DNA from: Octopus sinensis
Taxonomy: Eukaryota
Direction of reading: 5' to 3'
DNA length: 64,000 bases
Assembly (NCBI RefSeq): GCF_006345805.1
Contig: NC_042997.1
Location: 91,140,001-91,204,000, forward strand
Shown here piece after piece: positions 24,216 to 37,559 of the stretch. Numbering within the stretch: the first letter of the stretch is position 1; each line of letters opens with the position of its first letter. A program made the position numbers and the translations under genes. The notes beneath the pieces were generated by a model, which had not been told where the DNA came from, did not search any database, and worked only from the letters and a program-made list of their open reading frames with translations.

Positions 24216-24939
24216 TGAACAAAGGTGGAATTATGGTTGATAGACCAGTAATTCAGGGCGGGGTGGTAATTGACAGAACACAAATGGTAGAGAGTAGCAG
24301 TAAAATAAAATTGTAGATAGGTGAAAAATAGGGAGATGTGTGGGTTGGAAGAGTAGATAGGATGAGAGAGAGACCTACTGTGATGGAGATGCAGGTCAGT
24401 GCTATGTAGGGGTGAAAATAGCATTTGTCTTTCACTCTCAGAGGGGCCTTTTGTTACCAACAGAAATAATAGCTCAATGAATTTTCTCCATATTGTTCTT
24501 ATTCTAGCAACTGTTCTTTCAGAATATCCTCATCCACTACTGATTATGTCACCTTGGTAACAGAAAACTGTCTTACCTCTTGGGTATTCAAGAAAATTAA
24601 TTTCTTGTGTGTTCTTAGTGTTTATTTTTCCTGTGCATCTGCTACACACATAGTCTTTCTCCATTAGCCTTCCTGTGATTCCATTGCAGATTGTGTGTCC
24701 ATAGCTGGCACTGGGTAGACTGTATTGGAATTTCTACCTACATCTTTCCTTCATATTGAGCAGGCCATTTTCCCAAAAGGATTAGAATCCTGTCTGTTTT
24801 TTGCTTACTAGAGGTTCGGTCTTTGCTAAGCCAACTTTATGGCTCTTTGATTGCAGGTTTTGCTCTCATGCCTGGAATTTTTTTCTAATTCTATTACAGA
24901 TTTTGCTAATAGAACAAGGTCATCAGAATGTAATAGTTC

Positions 24940-25070
24940 CCAATGGCAACTGGTCTTAAATTCTTCTGTTATGACTTGGGGGGACTATGATGAATTAGAG
25001 GGGACTAAGAACTGAGCCCTGGTGAACACCTAACTGTACACAAAATTTGCTACACACTTTGCTCTCTCTT
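24940..25070 (-). mobile_element. RTE reverse transcriptase fragment
   Basis: KFCVQLGVHQGSVLSPL motif. Confidence 0.65.
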
Positions 25071-25261
25071 TCTATCTCTATGTATATGGGTGTCTGTCTG
25101 TTTAAGTGGATGGAACTTGTGGAAGAGGGTGACCCAGGATGACATGGGACGAAGTATTGAAGGCTGATCTTAAGATGCTGAGCTTTATGAAGGAGATGAC
25201 TAAGGATCAAGATATCTAGTGCACTGCTGTACTCAAGAAGACCTGTCTGTCACAGCAGAAT

Positions 25262-25492
25262 TGATACTTATTTCTTTACTACCCACAAGGGGCTAAACAC
25301 AGAGAGGACAGACAAACAGATTAAGTCGATTATATCGACCCCAGTGCGTAACTGGTACTTATTCAATCGACCCTGAAAGGATGAAAGGCAAAATCAACCT
25401 CGGCGGAACTTGAACTCAGAACGTAAAGACAGACGAAATACCACTAGGCATTTCGCCCAGCGTGCTAACGTTTCTGCCAGCTCACCACCTTA
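25262..25492 (-). mobile_element. tRNA-derived SINE (family S2)
   Basis: Minus strand GGTGGTGAGCTGGCAGAAACGTTAGCACG...GAGTTCAAGTTCCGCCGAGG head and AAGAAA tail; decayed copies near 27960-28140 and 62400-62580. Confidence 0.8.
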
Positions 25493-26049
25493 TTGATACC
25501 GATGCTGGTGGCTCAGTAAAAGTACTGGTGCTGGTGTCACATAAAAATGAATGTGCAAGTTACTGAAAATATCACTGAGGTAGTGGACATTACAAAGGAA
25601 AATCTTACAACATGAAGGACAACACTGAGGTGGAAAATTGAGGAGAAATACATGTAATACAGTTCAATGCATACACAAACAAAAAGTTTGTGTATTATCT
25701 TTCAACTGGGCTCAGAAAAACAGCCATACATATACTTAAATCAGAGCCTCATGAGTAGATTTGGTAGATGAAAACTGGAAGAAGCCCATTTGTGTGTGTC
25801 CCCTTGTCTTGATATGTTTGATACTTGTAGGTCTGTCATACAAGCAATGCCATTAATTTTCAATCTTTTGCAAAAAGATGTCTGGCCATGGCAAAATAAT
25901 ACCCTGCTTGGAAACCGGTGAGGTTTGGTGACAGGAAGAGCAACTGACCATAGAAAATCTGTGTCAGCAAACTCCTTTGACCTATGCAAGCATGGAAAAG
26001 TGGACTTTAAAATGATGATGATTTGAGGTTGTTTTAAATTTCCTCCTAA

Positions 26050-26225
26050 TCGTCATAGGTCTCCAGATTGTAACAGAAGAATTTAAGACTATTTCCCCCT
26101 GGGAACTATTTTATGTCGATGACTTTGCTCTTATCACAGAATCTTAAAACAAGAAATTCCATGTGTAGAAGCAAAACATAGAGTTGACTGGTCTTAAAAT
26201 TAACTCAACAGAGACCAAAGTTGTG
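26050..26225 (+). mobile_element. RTE reverse transcriptase fragment
   Basis: WELFYVDDFALITES and LKINSTETKV correspond to the LLYADD and GLKVN..KTK motifs. Confidence 0.6.
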
Positions 26226-26360
26226 TGCGCCTGTGTATATATGTGTAGGCATGTGCATGTGAACAGAATGCTTGTTTATATGTACATCTTTATACAGACA
26301 TGTGTACACACATGCATGCACACATATTTGTGTGACTGTTGGTACATAGACACATATCTT

Positions 26361-26880
26361 CATCATCATTGTTTAACGTCCATTTTCCGCACTAGCACAG
26401 GTTCAACCGGGGTCTGGGAAGCCAGGAGGCTGCACCAGGCTCCAGTCTGATCTAGCAGTGTTTCTACAGCTGGATGCCCTTCCTAACGCCAACCACTCCG
26501 CGAGTGTAGTGGGTGTTTTTTACGTGCCACTGGCACAGGTGCCAGGGGAGTCTGGCATTGGCCACGATCGGTTGGTGCTTTTAACGTGCCACCGGCACAG
26601 CAGCCAGTCAAGACAGCGGTGGCATTGGCCACGTTCAGATGGTGCTTTTTATGTGCCACCGGCACAGAATCCAGTCGAGGCGGCGCTGGCATCGGCCACG
26701 TTAGGATGGTGCTTTTTATGTGCCACTGGCACAGAAGCCAGTCGAGGCGGCGCTGGCATCGGCCACGTTCGGATGGTGTTTTTTATGTGCCACCGGCACA
26801 GGTATCACAACTACTATTTCTATTGATATTTATTTCGATGTTCATGTACTTGACTCAATAGGTCTCCTCAAGCACAGCGG
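26361..26880 (-). mobile_element. (ATG)n-tailed SINE-like repeat (family F2) with internal ~60-bp tandem units
   Basis: CATCATCAT-GTTTAACGTCC...GGATGCCCTTCCTAACGCCAACCACTCC core; repeated GTGCCACCGGCACAG..GGCATCGGCCACGTT units; many copies in the window. Confidence 0.8.
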
Positions 26881-28143
26881 ATGTACAAATTTGCTTATCT
26901 ACGAATAAAAAATTCCACCATCCTCTGCATTCACCTTCACTCCCCACCTAAAATACATACATACCATAACTTACGTAGCTTCCCAAGTTTACTTCCAGTT
27001 ATTTTTAATTATTCACAATCAGTCACATTTATTCAGTTTTCATCTTTGTTGTCATTCATTGCTATATTAATACTTGTATACCTAAACATGAATCTACCTG
27101 TCTGCCAAACCATTTACAGTCCACCCAGTACCATCACCCCTTACACTTAACTTTCAATCTTGTTGCATGACCACAGCCAGTCTTATATCATAAAAGAGAA
27201 ACTGATCTGTGTCTGTCTGCCCATCACAACATCTATTAGAGGGAGGGAAGGAGAGGAATCAAGAGGAGATAACCCCTGTCATAGCATATATTTAGAAGAG
27301 GAGAAAAAGTTGTCAAAAGAGAAATACAGTGAGAGAATGTGTGTATGAAAGATAGATAAATAGCTAGTGTTGTCACCATAGTAACTAACAAATTTTGATT
27401 AAGAATGCAGGAATTTTAAGTGTAAGTTTGTCAACAACAATATAACACAAATTTCCAAAAAAAAGATATTTTTATATGTAATATAGTTTTTTTTTTTGGG
27501 TTGTGTGTGTTTCTGTGTCTTTCAACATACAGACAATATAACACAGATTTTAAAAAAAATCTTTCACTTTGAACTATTTTTGAAGGTATGTGCATGATTG
27601 ACAAATATTTTTACAGGTAGCATAATAACCTAGTTGTTAATTAAAATTCCTATCCAAGGAAAACTCTTCCATATTCCCAGCCTCTATGTTATACACACAC
27701 ACCACAAATCTTAGCTAGTTACGAACTCACTATCCCCACAATCCTTAGCACTCTTATCACTCATTACTCCTAGTAGATCCACAAACCCTCACTCCAGTCT
27801 TCCCATACTTCCAACCAGTTGCTAATTTTCCTCTCCATTACAACTACTATCAGCTACATTTTTTATAAATATAACTTGAAGCTCGCAAAATATTCACATG
27901 TTCTAAAGTGAGGCAAGATGGAACTATTGTCCTTGAGATATGAATCTGGTAGAACCATTTCCACACTGGACAAAATGCTCAGCAGCATTTCTTCTGGCTT
28001 TTCATCTTGAGTTCAAATACTGCTAGGGTCAGGTTAGCCTTTCAGGGTCAATAAAATTAAGTACCAGTTGGTCACTTGGATTGATGTAATTGACTTATCT
28101 CACCCCACCAAAATTTTTGCCCTGTGCCAGAATTTGAAACCAA

Positions 28144-31100
28144 TCTCTTAATATATAAAAGAGAGTTGTGTGTGTATGTTCCTTATGGATTCAAAAACTG
28201 AGTTACCGATTTTGACGTATGAAGTATCAAAAAATTTAGTAATTTTTTGGCTTGTAAACAAACTTTTATTTTCATTTACATATTTGCATTACAAAAATTT
28301 AACATTATAATCTTTGTACAAGTCACCTATCGTAAACATTTTATACCATGATGACGGCACATTTTCTATATGAGTGTGTATGTATCTGTCTGTATGTGTG
28401 TGTCTGCGTGTTTGTTACCTATGTTAGGCCAATGACTGAAAAATATGTGTGTATGTGTCTGTCAGTATACATACAATTTTGTGACAACTGACATGCACAC
28501 ACATGCATGCCTCTAAAGACAAGGACAGACACAGAGGGACAGAGATAGGCCTGAGGTGTGCGTGAATGTGTGTCTGTTTTAGTATATGTATGGACAAATG
28601 AGACCATAACCCATGGCCTCTACCTGGGATGTAGCCAGTCCACTTATGCATACCTTTCCTTCTTGGGACACAAAACTCTACTTGTGAAGACCTGTTGAGG
28701 CAAGTGGAAATCAGAATCAAAATCGAAATCGATCAACATCAATGGAAATTGTAGCTGTGATACCAGTGCCGGTGGCATGTAATCGAACCATCCAAACGTG
28801 GCCGTTTCCAGCGCCGCCCCCAGACCCCAGTTGAACTGTCCAACCCATGCTAGCATGGAAAGCAGATGCTAAATGATGATGATGTGATTGTACCGCCCAA
28901 CAGTGAAATGTCCCAATTTTGAAATAGTTTAGTTGCAGCCTGGGTGTTAAATAAACAGCAGTGTTCACTTTGAAGTACCTCTGTTTGGATTTTCCATTTC
29001 ATCCTGGAGAGTTCAGGTTTAAGCAGTATTAATGATTATCACTACTTATGTGCTGAAATATTTTGGTTTTTATAGCCAGCATGAAGATTTGACTGATTTG
29101 ACAACACTCACAAAATTCACAAATATATCTGAAAAAACAAATGTTATTCTGGTTATTATAACAAATTTGAAAACTTGGTGAAGTAGAAAGCCTTAGCGGC
29201 TCTTTCAATATAAATACAGAAAATGTTATTCCAGTCTTTATAACCAGTTTGAAGATAATGGTTTTTTAATAGTTGTAGCGTCCTTATCGTATTTTTGCTA
29301 TGCTGCTTTATCAGTGTGAGTATTCAACGTTGCACAACCTTTTTACTGTATTAGTATTTAATTTACAGCATATAACCATACACAGTTAAAATATATAGCA
29401 AGTGATGTCAAATTAATTTATGTCTTGCTACATACATCCTTCAGCAAATGTTTTAAATTAAGTAATGTTCACAACAACATATTCCCTTGTACAAACTTTA
29501 ACGTTAGTTTAAAAATTGTAAAATAATAAATTATTTTTGTATGTAAAATTGAATTATACCTTCTGAATTTTCTTGAAGCTTGACTTTCTTTACTGTCACT
29601 TTCAATCCTGAATTTTATAACATTTAGTGCATGTTCCAAATAAATGTTGAGTTTTTGTTCTTTGTTACATTGTGATGCATAGTAATTTTTACTAAATTGG
29701 TGACTTTCCGACGCTGGAATATTTCTCCTGGAAATATTCCCTAAAGAAGATTTTCATAGCTTAACTGTGCTACAGAAAGTATGTTTTGCATCCATATTGA
29801 CTATATTTTGTTTTCACTTGAACTTGGTGTGTGTATGTTTTGCTGTTTTCATTATTATCAGTTCTATGAGTGTCTATGTGAGTTTGTGTTTTCACATTCG
29901 TTATGTTTATAGTAAATTATAGCAAAGGACATTTTACACCATTTTAATGAGCCCACATCTAATGAAGTAGCCATCCTTATGGTAGGTGATCCCAATGAAA
30001 ATCGAGATATTCTCATTCGTGCTCAAGATAACAACCTTAAACATGTTTCAGAGACTCATCCCTCTTATGATGCTTTCCAGTATCCTCTTATTTTGTGGAA
30101 TGGGCAAGATGGGTATCATTTCAATATTCCACAAATTGAACCTGCAACAAGAGAGCCAATTACAAACAAAAGGTGTCGTCAAATGACTTCTATTCTTACC
30201 AACTGATGTAAGACCAGAACAATCAAATCAATTACACATGTGATCTATTTCAGTAATACCTGGTTGATATGTATGCCGAAGTTGAGAGTGAGCGTCTCCT
30301 CTACATTCGTAACAATCAGAAAAGGTTAAGGGCTAAAAATTATGTTCATCTCCAAGATGCTCTGAGGACAGATGGTGATACTCAAAACATGAGGCAACTT
30401 ATAATCCTCCCATCATCATTCACTGGTGGTCCTTGATATATGCATGAATAACCACAAGAGACTATGACATATGTCAGGACATATGGAAAACCAGATCTTT
30501 TTGTCACTTTCACCTGCAATCCTAAATAGGAGGAAATAAAAATCTAACCTTCTTCCAGTGTTGCATCTTCTTGTATTGCAGCTACCCAACTCAATGGGGG
30601 AAGAACTGCTCATTTCATGTTCAAGCTCCCTCTAAATCTTTCAATGAAAGAATCTCAAATGTGCAACATTTCCAAAAACTCTGCAATAGCAACAGTTCTC
30701 CAACAAACTTGCCTCATTGTTTGGGATGAGTGCACTGTCACATTGTGGAGCTCCAAGACATATAAAACAATCACACTTTTCTTCCAGGAGATTTTCATCA
30801 AATGTTGCCAGTTGTCTCCAAAAGATTGAAAGCTGATGAGGTCAATGCATGCTTCAAAAAATCGTACCTTTGGAGATGTAAAAAAACTTCATCCTACAAA
30901 GAACATCAGAGTACTTCTATGAGGTGATCATACGAGCTTCTTAAGATTGGTAATGGAATATCAACATTCAACTCAAGACTTCAGCTGTTCAAATGATAAT
31001 TTCTCTTAGGGATCTTATGGAAAAAGTATTTCCTAATTTATCTGTCAATTTCACTGATGTAAACTGGCTATCTCAAAAACTATACTAGCTCCAACTAATG

Positions 31101-31650
31101 AAATGGTTGATAAACTCAATCATGAACTTCAAAAGTTAACAGATACATCAAAAATAACTTTTCGATCAATTGACAACAATCAAGATCAAGTTGTTCAATA
31201 CCATGTTAAATTTCTGGACACACTTAAGCTGACTGGGATGCCACTGCATAACTTGACACTAAAACTGGGTGTTCCCATTATGTTGCTTAGGAATTTTGAC
31301 CCATCTCACCTGTGTACTGGATCTCGCTTAATTGTCCTACAGGCAACAATTATAACAGGTAGTCACAAAGGAGAAAATGTCTTCATTCCAAAAATTCCTC
31401 TCACACCTACAGATGTTCTATTTCAATTTAAGATGCTTCAGTTTCCAGTCAAACTAAGTTTTGGTATTTCAATTAACAAATCTCATGGTCAGTCCCTCAA
31501 CATAATTGGACTTGATCTCTCTACTACATGCTTCTCCCATGGTTACATAGCTTGCTTGCGAGTTGGTAGCAGCGACAATTTATTCATTTCGCCTCCAAAA
31601 AATTACACAATGAATATTGTTTACCCTGAAGTACTTCAAGATTGACAGAT
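28144..31650 (+). mobile_element. Internally deleted, decayed autonomous Helitron (Rep/PIF1 helicase), interrupted by later insertions
   Basis: Candidate A|TC 5' end at 28144. Rep-region motifs SETHPSYDAFQYPL, YLVDMYAEVESERL, ILPSSFTGGP and GKPDLFVTFTCNP (29980-30530). Helicase motifs VASS.IAAT..GGRTAH, IVWDEC, GDFHQMLPV, LKLGVPIMLLRN and QFPVKLSFGISINKSHGQSL (30560-31645). No 3' CTAG end found; linkage of the 5' end to the coding part is inferred. Confidence 0.85.
28600..28884 (+). mobile_element. F2 SINE-like repeat
   Basis: Shares GTCCAACCCATGCTAGCATGGAAA...TAAATGATGATGATG 3' end with the other F2 copies. Confidence 0.7.
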
Positions 31651-33135
31651 TTTCAGTTCTAAATTCTATTATCATTACAATTTGGATATTTTAAAATAAA
31701 ATATAGATATTTTGACCCCGCTGCATGTTAAATTCAAGAACTGGACTTTTTGGATCATGTCCATATGTCACAAAATACCTGTTATAGTTTTGGGCTCCCC
31801 AAGATCATGGTTAGAATCCACATTTCTATTATGTTCCTGCACAAGCTTTTCCATATTGATGTGTAATTTTTTATATATATTTTTTCCCTTTTTCCTTTAT
31901 AATTGTGTGAGTGTGTGTATGTATATATATATATCCCATGCTAGCATGGAAAGCGGACGTTAAACGATGATGATATATATTTATATCTATTATATGTATA
32001 TGAGTGTAAGACTGTGTCCGGTGCATATGTGCAATTTTCATGCACATGTTCCCTTCATTTATACGGATATGCATTTGTTTGTATATATGCAGGAGTGTGA
32101 ATGTTAGTGATAAAGATCACCTCTTCTTACAATATCAGGGCAATTGCAAGCTTTTGATAGCAAGTAAGTCATCTGGATGAAACCATAATCAACAAGAAGT
32201 GGGGGAAAACAATATTGTATTACTTCACTTTTCTGTGACATGGTAACTTCTTTGCAGTTTCAGTACATTTCCATTATTGTTTGAATTGTTTTATCACTCT
32301 GTAATTCTATGAGGATTTCTTATGTAAACATCAGTTGTATTTCCTCCAGATGGAGGATGCACCACTCAATTTGGAATGCTCTCGTCTAGCAAATTACTGA
32401 ACTGAACTTTATCATTGTACAAATGCTCAAATATCCAACATACAAAGAAAGACAATCAGTTCAATATTGTTGGGAGCCAGGGTCAGAAATTGCAGCTGTC
32501 TATATCTTGATTCTGGGTACTACACAAAAATCTTGCTTACTCACCTGCTTCAGTGGTGAAATGGAAATAAAACATTAAAATCATACATATAAGTTGGATG
32601 GGCAGTGGTTGGGGACTAGCTTTACTGCATCCAGTAGTGCATTCTTTTATTTTCCTGATATTGTTAAATGCTAGTTTCTTTGTGGTCATCTTGTATTTTG
32701 GTTTTAGTAGTTTGATAGTATATTTTTAATACTTGGCATCATGTCACTTTGCCTCTGAATGTATATTATCTTCATGTGACCCTAAAAATGTGGTATGGCT
32801 TACTAGAGAATCACATAGTTCCTTTGAGACCATGAAAGTCTTTGTTGAGTCATTTGAGCAATTCATGAAATTTCACTTGATGAATGTTCTTGCAGCTTGT
32901 ATATCTACATTATTTAAAGTTCTGATTTTTCTCATAGAGATTTTTCGTCTTTATTATTTTTGTACTCATTGCTTGTACTGAGTGCACAACATTGGGCTTA
33001 ATGCATATTTTCTTATAAGATTAACTTCAAGATGTCAACAGCATGTTTTATTGTTGTGCAAAATACAATACTTTTATGTCAGATTTACTGTGTCAAGTAT
33101 AATTGTTTGTAAACCATTTATTGCTTTGTTTACAG

Positions 33136-33202
33136 ACACAGAAGATGCCAGTGAAACTGACATGGTCAAGCGAGAAGAGGAGTACACAGAAATCAAGGAA
33201 CA
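33136..33202 (+). CDS. SUDS3: SUDS3 exon 2
   Basis: TTTACAG| (D)TEDASETDMVKREEEYTEIKEQ |GTAAGT; TEDASETD and EIKEQ are hallmark SDS3 motifs; 67 nt, phase 1 to 2. Confidence 0.95.
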
Positions 33203-34394
33203 GTAAGTCGACATGCTATTGTTGAAGTTGTATGGTGTTGGGATATGTTGTTATGGGGTAGTCAGTCCAGTTGATACAAATTTAAACTTGATGCCAGCTA
33301 AGTGAATATTTGAGAGTGTTGAAACTGTACTCACTGTCATGCAGTATTTGGTTTTGTGAAAATACAGTGTGATTGTCTGGATATGTTTTATTTAGTACGC
33401 TGTTCACTCGGATACCCTCTTTTAAATTAATGACTAATAACTGAACTGTTTGTTAATATTGAGTTTTGCATTATCTTTATCATCTCAAATTACACATCTT
33501 TCTTCTGTTTATTTTATTATGTTTAAACACCACTGTCATTCCATAGATGTTGATGACAGGAAAGTCTGTTCAGCTATAGACATTGCTATCATTTCTTGAT
33601 CTATGCTTGGAAGAGCATTCATGAATAGACATGTTCACCTGTTACCTCTTAGTTTAGAGTTTGGTTATAAACTGTTTAACCTGGACAAATCTATCATTTA
33701 ATGGTCAAGTAGTTTGTACTGGGAAGAGTAATGAACCACTATCAGTTTGGATTATGAATATTCACTTGTTCAATCAACTCATCTGTATTTTCATTTAATT
33801 AGCATCTAAGTTGCTGAACATTCCACAGATATGTGTAACTTTAACATAATTCTCTGTTAGAATTAGTGTGACAAAGTTGGATCATTAAATTACGGGTACA
33901 ATCCATTTGATGGACTTTCATTCAATTATCTATCCAGTTTCACTGACAAGGCTTGAGTCAACTTCAGGCTATGGTAAAAGACATGTACCCAAGATAATAT
34001 GCAGTAGGCCAGGACCTCATACTTGCAAAGTGAACATTTTAATGATTTGGGCATGCTGCATTTTTCTAACAAGAAAGAGTATTTTAGTGTAGATTTCCAG
34101 AACTATTAGTATGAAATAATAGTGGGTATAAATTTTTAAAGGAAAATAAACTTAAATGTTTTTTTTTTCTTTTGTGTGTTCTGGTGTAAGTTGAATGAAT
34201 CTAGATTGTGATGTACTGTCTTTTAATATACTTCCTTATATCTGTCAAACTGGCATCTATTCTTTAAACTGTTTAGAAGTATAGTAAATTGCTTTGTTTT
34301 AGATGGCTGAAGCAGGGTTTGAAATTATATAGGTTCAATTTATCTGCAGTGGTTTTAATAACCATATAATTACAGAGATTTCTCCTTGTTTCAG

Positions 34395-34542
34395 GATGTA
34401 CCAGGATAAACTATTACAAATAAAGAAGCAACTACAGCAATTACAGGAAGGAGTTCTTCCTGAATATATGAAGAAAAACTGTCGGATTGAGCAACAGTAC
34501 CGTGACCGGCTGCTCAGTAATGAGATTTGGAGAGGCTACGAG
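34395..34542 (+). CDS. SUDS3: SUDS3 exon 3
   Basis: TTTCAG| MYQDKLLQIKKQLQQLQEGVLPEYMKKNCRIEQQYRDRLLSNEIWRGYE |GTAATA; Sds3 coiled coil; 148 nt. Confidence 0.95.
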
Positions 34543-34589
34543 GTAATAGAAATGTATTCCACATATAAAGACTTATCTATTTTTGAGAA

Positions 34590-34825
34590 GTAACACATAG
34601 TGGGTTATCATGGCTGCTGCCAGCCTCTCCTGGTACCTGTGCCGGTGGCATGTAAAAAGCACCCACTACACTCACAGAGTGGTTGGCGTTACGAAGGGCA
34701 TCCAACTGTAGAAACACTGCCAGATCAGACTGGAACCTGGTGCAGCCTCCTGGCTTCCCAGACCCCGGTTGAACTGTCCAACCCATGCTAGCATGGAAAA
34801 TTGACGTTAAACGATGATGATGATG
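34590..34825 (+). mobile_element. F2 SINE-like repeat ~50 nt downstream of SUDS3 exon 3
   Basis: F2 core with an (ATG)n tail at ~34815-34824. Confidence 0.75.
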
Positions 34826-35963
34826 GGTTGTTGGATATTTTTTTATCGTTTTGTTTGGAGAGAAAGTCAAACTTTGGAAACTGCAACCCTCTCTAGAGTG
34901 TTGACTGTGGCTAGAAATTACAGTTTTGAATAGTAAGTGAAGTAAAATATCTCACCCAGGTTTTGAACTTGGCTTACTAAGATCTTACCATTACTTAAGT
35001 CTGAATGAAACTCTTGTTTCTGTCATTGCATTCTGTATAACTTTATGTAAATGAACATGAAGAATACCTGTACTGACTGACTTCTCTCTTTCTTTTAGTT
35101 AATATCACTAAGTAGCTTTAGTTAACCCTATTTACAAAAGTCTATCTCATAGAAGTAACCAAACATACTAATGTGGTATTAAGTTTCGACTTGTTTTAGT
35201 TAGTTTTAGTTAAATATATAAATAGCTAAAAGACTAACCACAGATAACACCTACTGTTTTCTATGCTTGTGTGAATGGCAAAGCTTTTGCAAATTTGAGT
35301 TTATGAAAATAGCTTGTTGGTGTAATAGTCTTCACAATTGGATAATTCTAGCTCCTATTTACAGTAGCTTGTAAAGCAATGTTTGAATTTCTGGTCTGAT
35401 ACTCAACAATCCAACATTGTAGCCTAATAAATTATTGTCCCAGTTTCAGTATAAGTACATAGCTTATTGGTTTTTAAGGGTTTTGGATAGTTTGAGCTGT
35501 AAGCTACTAAATGTTTTGTCAATTTACCTTCAAGCCAACTAGGGAGGCTCTTATGATTGTTGAGCATGCTAGAAATAAGTTAAATAAGTTAAATCATGTT
35601 TAAAATAGACATTCTGGGTAATGTAGTCAGTTAAACTACTTGAAAAAATGTGACAGTCATGGCTGGAATGTCTTTAGTCATGTGTCTATTCAATCAGGGA
35701 TGAGCTTTGATTAAGCAACAGCTATTGAGCCATTGTCTCACCTTCAAATTTTTAGTTGGATCTAGCTGAATCTTGATTAGCTTTCTAATTTTGATTTTAT
35801 CTTTACTTCCAACCACATTGTGACTAGTGCTAGAAACCCTTTAAACAGATTTGGTTGTTTTATCTGGTTTTACTTCACTATTTGAGATATTATATTTTGT
35901 ATTTTTGGCTTAAAGTGTTGCTGTCTACAGTATTTCACTGTTATGAATATTGTATTTTTTTAG

Positions 35964-36023
35964 CAAGAAGTTGTTGAGAAAGAATGGATTAAAGAAAAAC
36001 AAGCTGCTGTGAAGGACTTTGAG
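35964..36023 (+). CDS. SUDS3: SUDS3 exon 4
   Basis: TTTTTAG| QEVVEKEWIKEKQAAVKDFE |GTGGGT; 60 nt, phase 0 to 0. Confidence 0.92.
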
Positions 36024-36890
36024 GTGGGTTTTGTTGACGTTGGTTTTAATTTATTCATTTAAATTTTGACTGTAGCTGTTAAGATATAGAGTATAACTTT
36101 AAAATTCATGTAGAGCTATTGTATGTGTGCATACATGTGTTTGCACCTGTGTGTTATAGTGTAGATTTTGTGAGTAAATGTGTGAGAGAGAATGTGTGTG
36201 TCATGTATGTGTACAGGGTGTATTCTGTTAAAGATGAGTGATTAAACATTTACTTATTTTCTGGTTAGTCTCTCTGTGAATGGACTGTGTGTTTATGTAG
36301 GTGTGTGTCAGCATGTGAGTGTATATATGAACATTCATGTCCAGTCACTGTATTTTTTTTGGTTGGGGGGAATGTGCAAATCATATCGTTTTTGCAACTC
36401 TCTTTTATTCTAAGAATTCAAGGGAATAAGGAATTTAATCAACCAATGTAGTATACCTCACATATGCATATGCAAAACAAATGGGCATGACCCATAGATT
36501 AGCTGTCCCAAATGTGCCATGCCTCTGCTGAGCTGAGGACCATACTGTGCACTTTGACATTTGGTGAGGAATCACATTGAGTGCAGAGCAACAGTTTGAG
36601 TATGTTACATTCTATCTTCTACCCAGTCTATTTCTGTATGGTTATGGCCAGAGGTTGAGGTGAGCAAGATAGCAAGATGAACTTGATCTGAGCTTGACAC
36701 TTGTTCTTCTGCACTTAATTGGACTTTGTGAAATTGAATCCATTTTTGAGAGAAAGACTACTATAATGTATCAACTGCCAGACTTTTTCATTTAATTATA
36801 TTTTTCCATTTGCATTTAGTTATAACTTTCTTTGAGAAGGAAATGTCTTATTTCATATTAGAAAAATATATTGTTTAATCTGTTTTTAAG

Positions 36891-36987
36891 GAAAAGAAAT
36901 TTGGGTTGAAGGAAAATTTAATTGCTGAGTTTGAAGAAAAGAAAAGACATATTGAGAATGAACGTAGCACCATGGAATTAACAGGAG
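36891..36987 (+). CDS. SUDS3: SUDS3 exon 5
   Basis: TTTTTAAG| [32 protein letters not shown] |GTAAGT; 97 nt. Confidence 0.95.
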
Positions 36988-37559
36988 GTAAGTTCATGTA
37001 ATTACTGTTTAGATCCATGTCATTGGATCTTTGACCAAAGACATTCCTATCGTGACCATCCCCTCTTTTTTCAGATGTGGTGCAATTGGGACTACATTGT
37101 TGAATATGTCTTTCCTCTTTTGAAAATGATATGGATGGTTAAGAGGCTCTTAATTATTTTCTAAGAAAGTGTAGCTCTGTACAAGGGGGTACTGAAAGGT
37201 TCCTAGCTTTGGGTAAAAGAAAATACAGGACAATCAGTTATGATTTTATTCAATATATTCCCTTCTCAGATTCACACACTCATTGCAGTGGTCCTTCAGT
37301 TTTTCTAAGTCCCGTAAAAGAACTCAGAAAGTTGGGCCACCAATTAGGCCTTTTGCAATACCCAGGAACTTTTTCAGTAACCCCTCTTAAAAAAAATCTA
37401 TGGTTTAAACCTCTGTAAGTAATCTTTACTATATATTATGGAGATAGATGGATAGGAATACTAAGTTAATTTTTAGATGTAAATGCATCCTTCTATACAG
37501 GTTGTTACAGGTGAGTGAATTTAAAGGTATTTGGAAAGCTATGTTTTTTTCTCTTAGCT

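Noticed and set aside
26560-26800. CRISPR-like repeat-spacer array
   Set aside because: Eukaryotic context; the units are internal tandem repeats of a SINE with no unique spacers or cas genes.
26458-26908. Several 60-120 aa ORFs on both strands (also 54705-54929 and 56322-56815)
   Set aside because: They arise from the GC-richer F2 SINE-like repeat and recur wherever the repeat does.
32530-32580. Recursive-splice-like YnCAG|GTGAGT motif
   Set aside because: It is on the minus strand inside a plus-strand gene's intron, with no supporting antisense gene model.
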